Below, piece after piece: positions 1 to 12,450 of a stretch of 64,000 bases of DNA. The first letter of the stretch is position 1. Every line of letters begins with the position of its first letter. The notes beneath the pieces were generated by a model. It saw only the letters and a program-made list of their open reading frames with translations, was not told where the DNA came from and did not search any database. This stretch comes from Camelus ferus (Eukaryota): positions 15,440,001 through 15,504,000 of the forward strand of contig NC_045697.1 in NCBI RefSeq assembly GCF_009834535.1, written 5' to 3'. Both the position numbers and the translations under genes were made by a program.

Positions 1-29
1 GAAGCCTGCGCAATGGAGGCTGGTGAACA

Positions 30-200
30 TCCACTGGTTGTATCACCTGGTGAAAGCCACTAGCCTCTTTAATTTTTCTTTGTTTATAAAATTGGGATAA
101 TGCCATATAGGGTCGTTGTGAGGACTAAATCATTCAACGTGTTTAAACACCTCGTCTGCTGTCTAGCCAATCCATGGTACCTACTGGTATTACTACTGTC
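30..200 (+). mobile_element. MIR SINE
   Basis: Core tataaaattgggataat...catatagggtcgttgtgaggactaaat. Confidence 0.8.
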
Positions 201-889
201 ATCCCCGTCATCATTGTCTTCATCATTATCACCACCCTCATCACCTTTAAGAGCTCAGAAACAGTCTACTTATATTGGGCTTGTCTAAATCTACGTCATG
301 GGCAAGACATTTTCAGTGCTGACTTTCAGCACCTGATTCGTTTGAAAATCTTATGCAAAACCTCCAAATATAAACCATGTGACCTAGCTTTAGCGATCGA
401 TTGAGCACTGAAGGAATACAGTGAGAGAAAGGGAATGGGAAAGCATCCTTACAGTGACTCTGAGCCGGCACCCACTGTTTCTCTTTTATGAAAGCAGATC
501 TAGACTTCCCAGGCTCTTCAAATCCACGTGGACTAAGAACCAACCTAGGTCATCCTGTAAATAGCAACTGAGTCTCAGCTGCAGCCCGAGACTCCCTTGA
601 GAGGCATCAGCTTAAACTAAGTCTCATCTTAAGTACAGACAGGAGGAAATGGGGGCACTGGGGGAAGTTACTTCTCCTTGCCTGGCACTGCAGAGCAGGA
701 GGTACTTCTGTCCTAAATTGCAAGGAAGAAAATCAAGCTACGAAATGTCAGTATTAACAGAAGGAAAACAATTAATATTGGGTAAAGTTTAAACCTGACT
801 TACTAGATTTTAATTACAGGTTTCCATCGCCTAATAGAGTGTTGCTACATTTTAAAATCAAGCCTGAGGGTAGTTAGAGGGGCACGTAC

Positions 890-1110
890 AGAGGATTTAG
901 CACATGCCGAGCATGGTTTACAGTGCACTGTGTGTATTAGCACATGTAGAGCTCACAACTCTGTGAGGTGGGTGCTTTGAGTATCCCCACTGTTCATAAG
1001 AGGCACAGAGAGACTAAGTAATTTGCCCAAGGTCACACAGCTAAAAAGCAGCAGAGCCAGTACCTGAACCAAGGCCAATGGGTCTCAAAGTCCACGCTTT
1101 TGATCTGTAC
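890..1110 (-). mobile_element. MIR SINE
   Basis: gaggcacagagagactaagtaatttgcccaaggtcacacagcta. Confidence 0.85.
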
Positions 1111-4100
1111 TGGTTGCCTCACAGGAAAAGGAAAGTCGGTGGCAGCACCAAAGCTCTGGCTCTGCCCTGTGGACCACCTTCAGACTGAGCAGAACTGTTT
1201 TCAGTCTTTTATTCACCGTGTTGTGTTTATTCAATATCACATGATTAGACAAAACTTGAGATATGTTTAAATGATAGATAAGAGTTTCACTCTACCCTCC
1301 CCACTCCATTCCCTTACAAATGTATTTAAAGATACATGATTATGGGTCTGTAAAAAAATAAAAAATCTCCCACTATCGTTAATGAATTGTTCTGTCAGTT
1401 AAAAGTACATTGTGAATTATTATGTTTGTTTCAGGAAAAGGTAGCTGATCATCAGTTTTCAAGATGTTCTAAAAGGGCAGGGCATCTACCATTTCAACAA
1501 TCAGCCTCACAGTTTTAATTAATTATTGACTAGGAAAGGAGGTAATATGATCGAGTTAGACACTCTGAGAAAAGTGTTTAGAAATTCCACTTTGTCAGGT
1601 GAGCAATGTTTCTCTGATCAGAGGGTACTTAGTTCTTAAGTCATAAGTAGAAGAGAGAAAGAAGATATTAAATCATCTTTGTTCATTTTTCCTTCTGTTA
1701 TGACCCAGGAAAAGATATATGGAGGGAACAGGATTGGAGGAAGAGGGCAGACAGGAACTTGGAACTCCGTTTGCAGTGGGAGATGAACGAGGGCCAGTGT
1801 AGGATGGATGCCTGCTGACAACTGTCATTTCCAGAGATTTACTGGAGCAAAATGATATCCAACATGGAGAAGAAAAATTGGGTGTCTAGATTTATTTTAA
1901 ATGGCTGCAGAAGTCCTGTTTTGCTGAATTATTTTTTAAGTTGGAGCTTGTTTAAAGACAGAAGATTACAGGGACAGCCAGAGGGAAAATTAGGGTGTCA
2001 GCTTTTCAGATTTAGCTATTCACTAACTAACGGAACTAAGAAAGCACACAGGGAAAAGCTTCAGTAAATTCTCATCCCAAGTCTTAAGTGATGTTGTGTT
2101 GAACACAGCTGGGTTAGCCAAATATTTTTATTTGTACTAGGCAACACGATTTCTTTGACTTCCATTCTATATTCTATTTATCATTCATTTCTATTATGAA
2201 GAATGCTTAACTACTTCATCCTGAAACTGAATTTTTACGTGCATTCAAATGTGTGGAAATGTTGAGCTTCAGAGTAATCTTTACTGATTCAAAAGTTCTA
2301 TCAGGAGGTTTGAGAGTTGGAGTCAAGAAGTAGTCAACTGTGTTGTCCAATTTCAATTCTGTGAGGCTCAATTTCAAGTCTGTTTTAGAGAAAGAAGCCA
2401 TCATAATGGAGTAGATGTAGCTTTATTACTGAAAAAAGTACAAACAAGTAAAAAATAAAGAGGACAAAAAATCAGAAATTTTACAAGTCAGAAAAAATTT
2501 TTTTCAATATACTGAGGCAGTATAAAAAGCAAAAAATTAAGCTGAAAGACACAGAACTGATATTTTACTTCCCATTTTCAAATTTACTTATTCAATATTC
2601 ATGAATATTCCTATGAATCAGAGACAGACAGATATCATCAAATAGCCTGAAGAAGACAGCCTGATCTAGTAAAAAGCAGAAAGAGCAAAAGAGACCTCCA
2701 ACATAGATTCTAACCTAGCGCATAAATTTCCACCTAAGAGCACGTGAACAGCACTGGATTAGACCAAACAGCATCACCATTATCTCATTTCACTTCTTCA
2801 TATACAAAGATCTATTGCCAAACAATCATCTCATGTTTACCTTTGAGTATTTCCTGGTTGACCATACTACAGGTGTTCATTCCTTTAAGTCCTCTGTTTT
2901 TGAATGTGTCGGCTGCTGACAACCCAAAGCCAAGATCCTGTTGGCTTTGAGGAGTTTACCAGAACTGGGCAGGGAGATCTCTCTCTAAGAAGAGCCGAAG
3001 AGAAGATGAGATCAACAGTTTGGGAAGACACTGTGCCGGGGGACGTGCTGGCATGGCTTGGCCCTAGACCTATCCAGAGGGTTGGAAAAATATAGTAAGA
3101 ATTCCATTATCATCTTATGGTTTAGGCTCAGTTCCAAATCTTATAATTCACTCTCCCTAAGTTCTCTCAGCACATTTAACTACTTGCTCAAAGAATTAGA
3201 AAGACTGTAGGTCAGCATTAGACATATGACTTTGTCACTTTCCCATCCCTACTGCCAATTTCTACCACCCACCCCACGTCCCCTCCCATCCTACAATGCC
3301 CTTTCCTAGCAGCCCTAACACAGGGTTTCAAAGCAGCAGCATCCAAGGATTATCATTCTAAGGCCTCGAGTATTATCTATGCATGAGAAGGGAATTGCCT
3401 ACTACATATTTTATCTGTGTGAGCTCTTCTGAATTACCACACATAATCTTTTGTAAATCACTTACATAGTAAGTTCCATCCTGAATCTTTCACTGTTACA
3501 AAGGTTCCCACGAGACATGAGCCTCCGCGGTGCAGGAACCACGATCTGTGTTCTCTTCGTGTTCCAGTACCCAGCACGGTGCCAACTACTTTCACTCGGC
3601 CTTCACTCCTTGCACAAGTATTGGTGTGGTGCCAAACACTGTGCTTGACACTGAGAGTGCAAGTGGTTAGCGTTTAGAAGAACATCTTGCTTTCTTGAAG
3701 TTTATATTCTAGCTTCCAGAGAAGCCTTTCAGACACACCGTAAATGTTGTTTGAATAAATGGATAGTAAAGTAAACAAAAGAATGTATGAATGGATAGAG
3801 TAGGTCTTACAGAATAAAGCTAATCTGAACTTTATTTAGATTGGTGGTCGTTTTTCCACTAGCCCAAGTCATCCAACTCATGAAACGAAATGGTAGAATG
3901 ATACAAAGAGACAGAATGTTAAATACACATGTGCATGCCCGTGTGTGTAATATTTAATACTTAAATGACAAAATATTTTCTAAGTATTGACGCTATTAAA
4001 AAGCCAGCACCGTAGTAATTTATTTATAAATTCACATTTTTCAAAGAATGTTTTATAGAGTCTAATTCTGCAAATTTTTATTTGGTGGTGAAATAAGATG

Positions 4101-4274
4101 AGGAACAGTTGTACGAATTTTTGGGGGGATAGGTCTTAACAGAACTTTTAATATGATAACATGGTATATGGTTCTCTAGGAGAACATGCTTTTGCCCAAC
4201 TTACTTTAATAAGAAAACTCATTTCTAAGAAGCATTTAATAAAATACAGTTTTGCTTAGTATGGACATGCTTAA

Positions 4275-4701
4275 GCCTAATGGATACTGTTTGCTCCTCC
4301 TGGAACCCCCTCAGGGCCAATGCACTCATCCCCAGCTGCTGAAAAAACTGGTGGCTGCAGGCTCACAGCTGCACTCCTCATTGGGTTATTGCTCTCAGCT
4401 CCAGGGAACTGCCTCCCAGAGGCTGACCCGTAGTCAATGACAGGTTGATGACACACTATAAAAACTCAACCCTTTTTTCTCAACTTGAGACAAATCTAAA
4501 GGGCCAACCCAGCTCCAGAACCTGCAGGACCAGCTAAGAACTCAGCTGCATCCACAGAGCAGGTCAGATCCTCTCTGTCCCATCCTGTCTTCTTCAATTC
4601 CTGCTTCTTACAGGTATATCACTCCAGGGCACACCCAAGTAAAATTTCCCTGCACAGTCCTCCTTCATCAAGTCTGCTTCTCAGGAACCCAATCTTAAGA
4701 C
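4275..4701 (+). mobile_element. Solo ERVL LTR, LTR16-like
   Basis: Contains catccccagctgctg...ctcacagctgc...agggaactgcctc and ends gtctgcttctcaggaacccaatcttaagaca, which is typical of LTR16 3' ends. Confidence 0.75.
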
Positions 4702-6606
4702 AACAAGCATTATTTCAACATACATGTAAATGCTCCGATGAACTTCTGACCTGCTCACTTCTGTGTGATCAAAACTGTTTCCCTTCTAGTGGAGCTAAAA
4801 CGTTTGATTCATAAATTACTAAGTCTCAATATATGTTCCAAGTATCTGAGAATACCCCCCATCGTGAATCCATCCTGTTTTCTGAAAATCTTTCTCAAAT
4901 TTTCTAGTCTATACAATTCATCTGAGAGAAAACGTGTGTAGCATACGCCATCATTTCTAACGTGGCACTGAAATTTTATCTAAATTCAAAATCAAGTCTG
5001 TCCCACATACTCCAGTCATCAGTAGCAGAGCTCAGTTTCAGATCCATTTTGCCTGACTTCAATGTCAACTTTCTTTCTACTGTGTCTTACCCTAAAATTC
5101 GTAACAAATCTGTGAATAGAGATGGAAACCAAATACCATTCTCTTAATTTCAACAAACTGTGTTACGCTGAAATAGACATAATGTGAACTACCAGCTCTT
5201 TTCAAAAAAGGTCCCTCCCTTTAAGCAAATCTGATGTGTAACAATATATGTTTGTGCACATACACATGCACATGTATGCATGCATGCACAATCATATTTC
5301 ACAGCTGAAGGGAATCTAGACTTTTCCTAGCCAACCCCCTCAGTTTTAGAGCAGAAGAAATTGAGGTTCAGAGTGAAGGAATGATGTTCCGAAGGTCCCA
5401 TAGGTAGTAACAGATTTCTGTCGAATCTCTGACTTTCAAAAAACTAAACTTAAAGTAATTCAGCCTGTCATTCAGACTCATGATGGGGGACAGGCAAAGT
5501 GATTATTAGCTTTACCCTGCAAAAAAAAAAAAACCAAAAACAAAAAACACCTTCATGTATGAAATTATAATAGATTTGTTTTAGATAGCCAGATGTCTCA
5601 TTTAATTTCTAAAAATTCGATGAAACCCACCTTTTCAGAGACATAGCATGTGCATAAAAGCTAAGAATACATGTAAACTGAACTGTGTAAATAACTCCCT
5701 TCCAGTCTCAGCTCACACCCGTGACCATCATGATTTAATAAGTCATCAGTAAAAGATTCAACCAACCACCCAGTAATCTAAAAATGTACCATTTTAAGAA
5801 ACATGTAATAATGGAATGTGGACCGAAACAAAACACAACACATACACGGATTGGCATCACTTTAACAATTTCATCAGAAAATGGCTTCTATAAACATATT
5901 TTTCTGTGCTCATCTTTTTATAGATTCAATCAGCACTACCTTCACAGAAATCATGCACAGAGATGCCATGGCAACCGCCCCATTCTGCACAGACACACAC
6001 ACAAAATCAACGTGCTTAAAAAAAAACTCATGCCCACTTAAGTGTACTGGATTTTGATTCCAGATATAAAAATAGCAACAATGGGTTTTTTTTTTTTTTG
6101 CCAACTAGAGGCCATCTTATTAACATTTTAGGTGATATAAACAACGTGATAGCAAAAAGTCCAAAAGCAAAACCCCAAAGGGAGGTATAAACAGTTCAGC
6201 ACAGGTCTAGATCCAATGACCATCAACTGATTGTTCTGGGTTCTCGTAAGTGAATCTCATCTCAGTCCTGTGCTACTCAACTGAGGCCTTTACTGGCCAT
6301 AAAACAGAAACGGTAAAACATGGAATTAGTACTTTTCTACCAAAAAAGTAAATGACTGCTTCAATCTTTATTTTTTCAATCTTTTTTTTCCCACTTAAAA
6401 TAATGTGGTTTTGAAAACCAATTTCAGAAGACAAATGTGTTAAGTAATTGCTCAAGAGTCACGTTCCCAAGGTAACCTTGGCTTTCTTGAGCACCTGAGA
6501 GACAGGGACATAGAGTAAGTCTCAGACTACATCTATGTATTGTCAGCTATTTAAACAGAATGAAAAATTCTAGACACTATAGACACTATGATAGGGACAG
6601 AGGTTA

Positions 6607-6607
<1 letters not shown>

Positions 6608-6637
<30 letters not shown>
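6608..6637. repeat. (CA)15 microsatellite
   Basis: Read directly from the sequence. Confidence 0.97.
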
Positions 6638-6641
<4 letters not shown>

Positions 6642-8469
6642 CATTCACTTAATCAGAATCTAAGGTGTTCTACTACCCATGAAGCAAGTGGTCCTTCGAA
6701 AAAACACCAAGTGAGCGAGCCCAGATGGGATCCATCCGTCTCTAGGAGCCAATGTGAAACTGTAAGGTAACATGATCTGTATGTTTTCTGAATAGCAACA
6801 TTCGGCTGCTGAGGCTTTGTTAAATGTCTCCTAATAGGGAAATGGGATGGGCATGGAAGCGCGTCTGAAAGACTAAAGACAAGAATCAGAGTGTGTAAGC
6901 AGGGGTGGGAGATACAGAACAGCCACTCAGAAGGTACACTAGTGCTTCTAGTTGCTAACTACCTGATTGTGTATCACCTGGGTCAAGTGTCTTTTCAACA
7001 GTAACCATACAGTGAAGGCAACAACAGTAATTATAATCCATTTTTATAACGCATTATAGTTTGCAACACTTATTGTATAACGCACATGGAAATGGGCATG
7101 AAATGGTTTAAGAGCGAAGTCATAAAAAGCCAAGAGAGAGTTTTATCTTCATCTGTTGACTTGACTTTAAGTTCCATGAGATCTTGAGGTGTCTACCTCC
7201 TCAAACAGTGCCTGGCTCATATGAAGAGCTCCAGAAGTACTTGTTGAATGATGAATAAATGAAGGAACAGTACAGGAGATAACTAACGAGGAAATAACTC
7301 GGAGGGAATGGGGGAAGGCACATTTAAGATAACATCTTATTTGTTTATCTATAAAAGTCAATCACCTAAGTAAAATGCAGCACATGATAGCAGTGGAGAT
7401 GGGGGGAGGGGATTCCTGGGCAGCTCGAGGAGAGTTTGATAACCACTTTTTAAAATGGAGAGCCACAGCTACTGGAGTTGGTATATTTACAAGAGTTGTT
7501 CAGTAAAAAATAGGAAAACAATTTTTAGAGTTGTAGACTTTCAGTTGCTGACCCTTAAAGGGGTCAAACATTGGGCTGCTACAGTCAGACCAATTGCCAT
7601 AAGGAAGTAAGTCCACTGTCAGCTGATATGACAACCTAGGACATTAAAGAGGGTAGAGGTATTTCTTCTGGCCACTGATATCTAATGAAGAGTAGTTTGT
7701 TTTCAACGTCAGCATAATGTGCTGATTATGTCTTCATTTAGTATAGTCTGTTGGGGGGGATGCATGAAAGACAATCTACAATACTGTTGACTAAACCATT
7801 TCTGGTCATTCTAAAAATTTACTTCCAATATCATTTAAATTAAATCTATGACCCAAACTAGGGAGGTTCTGGTGCCCAGAATGCACAGGGCGTTTGAGCA
7901 GTACTTGCCCAACTTACCTGCTGCTGACAGACAGACACCAAAAAGGGCACACGCCACTTACACAGTTATCTTTTTTTTTTTTTTGAACATCGTAAGAGCT
8001 TTGTAAGGTTAACTCATGTAGTCAAGTATTTTTATTTTATAAAAGAGGAAACCGAAATACAAAAATTTAGAAAGTTCATGAAACTAAGAAAAGCCAGAGC
8101 AGGGACTTAATCCTAGGAGTTCTGATTCAACAATCACTTTTTAAAGAATACTGAATTGGGAAATAGAAGAAGATCAGCTATTTTAATATAGAATTATATA
8201 TTTTTTCCAAGTAAGTTCTTCAAAATGTCATGCTGTAATTTTATGCCTGTAGTTTGGCAGAGATTCACCAAGAAAAGTCTAAATAAAGTTCCACTTTACA
8301 ATTCTTTGTAAAGAAATGTTAAGTCAGAGATGAATACCAGCTACCCTAAGTTCAGATTCTGTACATTTTGATGGTTAAAAAAAAGGGGGGGGGGATGTTG
8401 GAAGTTTACATGAAGGACTTTTATTTATAAAGGAAAATTATTTCAATAAAGAACTCAAAATAATTCATC

Positions 8470-9470
8470 TTTTCATTGGAGAAACCTGGCAAAGAGTACC
8501 TTAACCAAGTGATCAACGTTAACCTCTCAGGTACTAAGACAAATTGATACCAGATGCTTCCTAAGAAGGACACAACGTCTTCTATGACATTCTGTCCAAA
8601 AATGCATAACCTGAATTTGATCATGAAGATCAGCGAACTTATGCTACAAAATAACTAATGTGTATTGTTAAAAAAAAATGTTCATGCCACTTTTAAAGAT
8701 GGTAAGTCAGAGTTTATTCAGAACCATAATCATAGGTATATTCCACTGCAGTGGGATATTGCAGGGAGGTAGAGAAAGATTGGGTTCAATTCTCAATACC
8801 TCATGGGCAAGTGGGAATTTATAACAAGGAGCAGGGTAGGGGTCAGTGGACGCAAAACTGCTAGAAAGAAACTGACCCAACAGGATTCTTGCTGAAGACA
8901 AACCAGGGTGATCAGACATGACCTGCAGAATGGTGAGGGATGAGGGACCTGATCAGATACAGAAGGTGGGAGGTTCTTGCTAAAGCAACTTAGCAGGGTT
9001 CTGGCTAAAACTGTATTTTATAAGGAGGTCCACAGATGGGCCTGGGAGAAGGCTCGGGAGCCTGACTGAAGTTTGGTCAAGGAAAGAATTTTTGTCAGCA
9101 CTCTTCCAATGAGTCAAGGCAATGAAAGAGAAAAAAAGACTTAGGAACTGTTCAGATTTTTAAAAGATTTAGGAACTGTTCCAGATTAAGGAGACATGAC
9201 AACTCCATGCAACAAGAGACTCGACTGGCTCCTGGACTGGGGGAAAAAAGGACATTAATGGGACAATTGGTAAAATTTGAATAATGTCTCTTAACATTAA
9301 TACTATAATCTCATCTAATTTCCTGATTTTTATAAATATAGTATGTTATATAAGATGTTAACATTTGGGGAAGCTAAATGAAAAGTGTATGAAAATTCAT
9401 TACATTAATTTTGCAACTTTTTCTAAGTCTGAAATTATTCACAAATGAGAAGTTTAAAAATAAAAACTTT
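8470..9470 (+). mobile_element. Old L1MC/L1ME-type 3' UTR fragment, interrupted by an LTR
   Basis: Diagnostic stretches ggagaaacctggca...ccttaaccaagtgatca, aggaactgttccagatta and ttttgcaactttttctaagtctgaaatt. Confidence 0.75.
8691..9097 (-). mobile_element. Solo ERV1 LTR, MER31/MER67-like
   Basis: Minus strand begins TGACAAAAATTCTTTCCTTGACCAAACTTCAGTCAGGCTCC, with a minus-strand AATAAA near 8712. Flanks ccac/gcac are a near-match 4-bp TSD. Confidence 0.8.
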
Positions 9471-10059
9471 AAAGTTTGTTAAGAAGGTAAGTCTCAGTTA
9501 CTAAGTATTCTTACCAAAATAAAAAAAAAATTAATGTAAAAGATAAAAAATCTTGCTGCTGAAAGGGACCTTACTGATAAATTCATTAACGTTAATGCTG
9601 TGGGAAGTAGCATAACTTATCCAAGGTTGCACACACCTCGAGTCTTAGTCTCCAAACACTGGTGTTCTCTCTTTGATGCCACATCCTACTTCACTCTCAA
9701 TTCTCTAAAAACCTGACGACATTTGCATAAGCTACCTCTTCCCATTTCACATCTTTTTCAGAGACAAGGGATGATAGTGAAGGCAACGTATGTCTACCAT
9801 ATACTGGATGAAAGAGATCAACATTTTGCCCTGGAAAGCACATGTTAATACTGGTTTAAGGAAGAATATCCTAAAAAAGTGGTTATGGCTGGGAGTACCC
9901 AAAGGTGAGAGCTTTTTATATACTGAAGAACCCGGATCACAACTCAAAACAGTCCCCAAACAGTGAAATTTCACAGAGTAAATTGCAAACACATAGTAAA
10001 ATAAGGGGATTATAATGGAAGAATAGTAATCATGGATTGTGGCTTAAACATTCTTTAAT

Positions 10060-11330
10060 CAGTGGTCTTTAAACATTTTTTGCTCCTTTTTCTATGAAAA
10101 AGACTTAAAGGAAACCTTGTGCATCTGTAATTTGACATCTAAAATTTTACCTTTACCTCATGCCTGCTATTATCAAAAAGGCAAGAAATAACAAGTGCTG
10201 GTAAGGATGTGGAGAAAAGAGAACCCTCGTGCACTGCCGGTGGGAATGTCAAACGGTGCAGCCCCTGCGGAAAACAGTGTGGAGGTTTCTCAAAAACTAA
10301 AAACAGAGCTACCATATGATCCAGCTATCTCACTTTTGGGTATTTATCCAAAGAATAGGAAAACAGTAATTCAAAAAGATATATGCACCCCTATGTTCAT
10401 TCCAACATTATTTACGTGGCCAAGATATGGAAACAACCTAGACGCCCATCAATGGATAAAGAAGGTGTGGTATACCTTATACAACGGAATACCACTCAGC
10501 CGTAAGAAAGATGAAATCTTGCCATTTATAACAACATGATGGAACCCTGACGGTATTATGCTAAGTGAAATAAATCAGACGAAGAAGGACAAATACCATG
10601 ATTTCATTCATATGTGAAATATAAAAAACAAACAGACAAAAAAACCAAAATAAATGAACAAACCAAAGAAAAACAAACATGTAGAGAACAGAGTAGTGGT
10701 TACCAAAGGGGAAGGGGTTGCAGGGAGGGCAAAATGGGGTTAACTATATGGTGATGGATGGAAACTAAACTTGTGGTGGTGATCATGCTGTAGTGTATAT
10801 AGAAACAGAAATATAACGTTGTACACATGAAATATATACTGTTATAAACCAATGTTATCTCAATAAATAAATAAATGAATAAATAAACTAGTTTATAACT
10901 AATTTCAAAAGGTATAATTTCTGGCAAATTACAAATAATGGCCCTTCTTAATTAAACTAATAGATGCCTCTGTAAAATTTATCCAAAGTAATCTAAACAC
11001 AAAGTTGAAAACAATAACCATTCATTTAATAAATAAAATACACTCTTCTAGTCTAAAATTTGTCATTCTTTATTCCCTTTAAACTACTTTCATGCCAATT
11101 TCCCCACAGAATTTTATCCTAAAAAAAGGCACTTTGTGCATGAAAGCCTTTAATAGTCACTGCACCATACTTCACTGCAACAAAAATGCGTATAAATTGA
11201 AGGTAAATTATTTTTAACCATGCAGTGACCAGAAGGCTTTAAGTATTAAATATTATTTCTGTATTGAGTTATGATTATAAATATGACAGGGCTCCACTTT
11301 TTAAAGCATAAATGATTATTAACACAATGA
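10060..11330. mobile_element. hAT-Charlie-like DNA transposon fossil, split by the L1 at 10155-10888
   Basis: Starts with a Charlie-type terminus cagtggtctttaaac. Segments gacatctaaaatttt and tccccacagaattttatcctaa on either side of the L1 resemble a recalled Charlie consensus. Confidence 0.5.
10155..10888 (+). mobile_element. 5'-truncated L1 3' end (ORF2 C-terminus, 3' UTR, (AATA)n tail)
   Basis: ORF ...KLKTELPYDPAISLLGIYPK...QKDICTPMFI is the L1 ORF2 C-terminus. It ends in caataaataaataaatgaataaataaa. Confidence 0.93.
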
Positions 11331-12164
11331 ATAAACTATTATTGGTAATAATCTCAATTAAATGGTTGGGACTGGGGCTTTCCCTTATGCAGTTCACAAT
11401 CCAAGATGAGTACCATACATCACCATCACCATAAATAATAAAATACCAGGATGAGCTTCAGCCCTAATTCCACTCCTAGTTTTCATTTTCCATAGATTTA
11501 AGCTCAGGGGAAAATTGTTCATCTAAACAAATGAATGGGAGTTGAAGGAGTCTGATTTTCTCAGGCATTTAATTCGCCAACTCTTCCCATGTAGTTGCTA
11601 AAAGGATCACACAGCGATCGTGTCAGAACTACTTTTAATGATCTATCAGACAATTAGTCAATTAGATACTTCTGCAATATTACTGAATTGAAAACATCTG
11701 TCTTGCAAAAGAAACTTTTCACACAGGCATTAAAATCGTTCCCTTGGACAGTGCCACCAACGACTGCACCTATCTCGTGGTTTGGGTGTAGAGTAAGGTT
11801 TTCACTCCATGGCAATGCACCAGGCAGAGATCTGGATGGTTGCGAGCCAGGATTTTTTGGTAAGGTGAGAGAAGGCATCCTGAGAAAGGAAGTGGGATTC
11901 TTCAGAACCAGGCTCATTCTCACCCTGATCAGTTTGTGGGGAAGATGGAGGCAACACGTGAAACTTGAGGATCTGGAAATTGATTCCCTTAAAAGTATCC
12001 ATTTCCTCACATTATCCATGGAAAAGGCCATGTATCCCAGGAATCTGCACACCCCTGGATTATTTCAGAGTATTGCAGACACAAGAAGTTTTTCCAAGAA
12101 AGTTCACGGAATTTAAGCCACATGGAGGGAGATTTTGATAAAAAAGTTTTATTGTATTAAATAC

Positions 12165-12450
12165 ATCTCCTCAAATTATGGAACACTTCCCAAAATGTCT
12201 TCAAAATAAAGTTCATCCTTCAAGTTAATTCATATAAAGTAGCGTCAAGTGGTCCATCCCATTTGGCAAATACTGCACTGTATGTTCCCCTAGGAAGGAT
12301 TACAATTCATATTTAGCATTTTCGAGGCCCTGAAAACTCCTACCGGAAAGAATACAGTTTACCTGTATTTAATTCAGACTTTTACAAATATATTTGCCTA
12401 TGTACTTCTTTTTGGCTAACATCTTTCTGAACACACTTTCAGAACGGCTG
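12165..12450. mobile_element. hAT-Charlie (Charlie4-like) fragment
   Basis: ttagcattttcgaggccctgaaaactcct...aagaatacagtttacctgtatttaattcag...gaacacactttcagaacggctg resembles a recalled Charlie4 consensus and terminus. Confidence 0.55.

Noticed and set aside
9139..9187. Short direct repeats (ttaggaactgttc twice here; tatatagcagaaag twice at 56774-56801)
   Set aside because: These are two-copy slippage duplications inside old repeats, with no spacer array or CRISPR-like periodicity.
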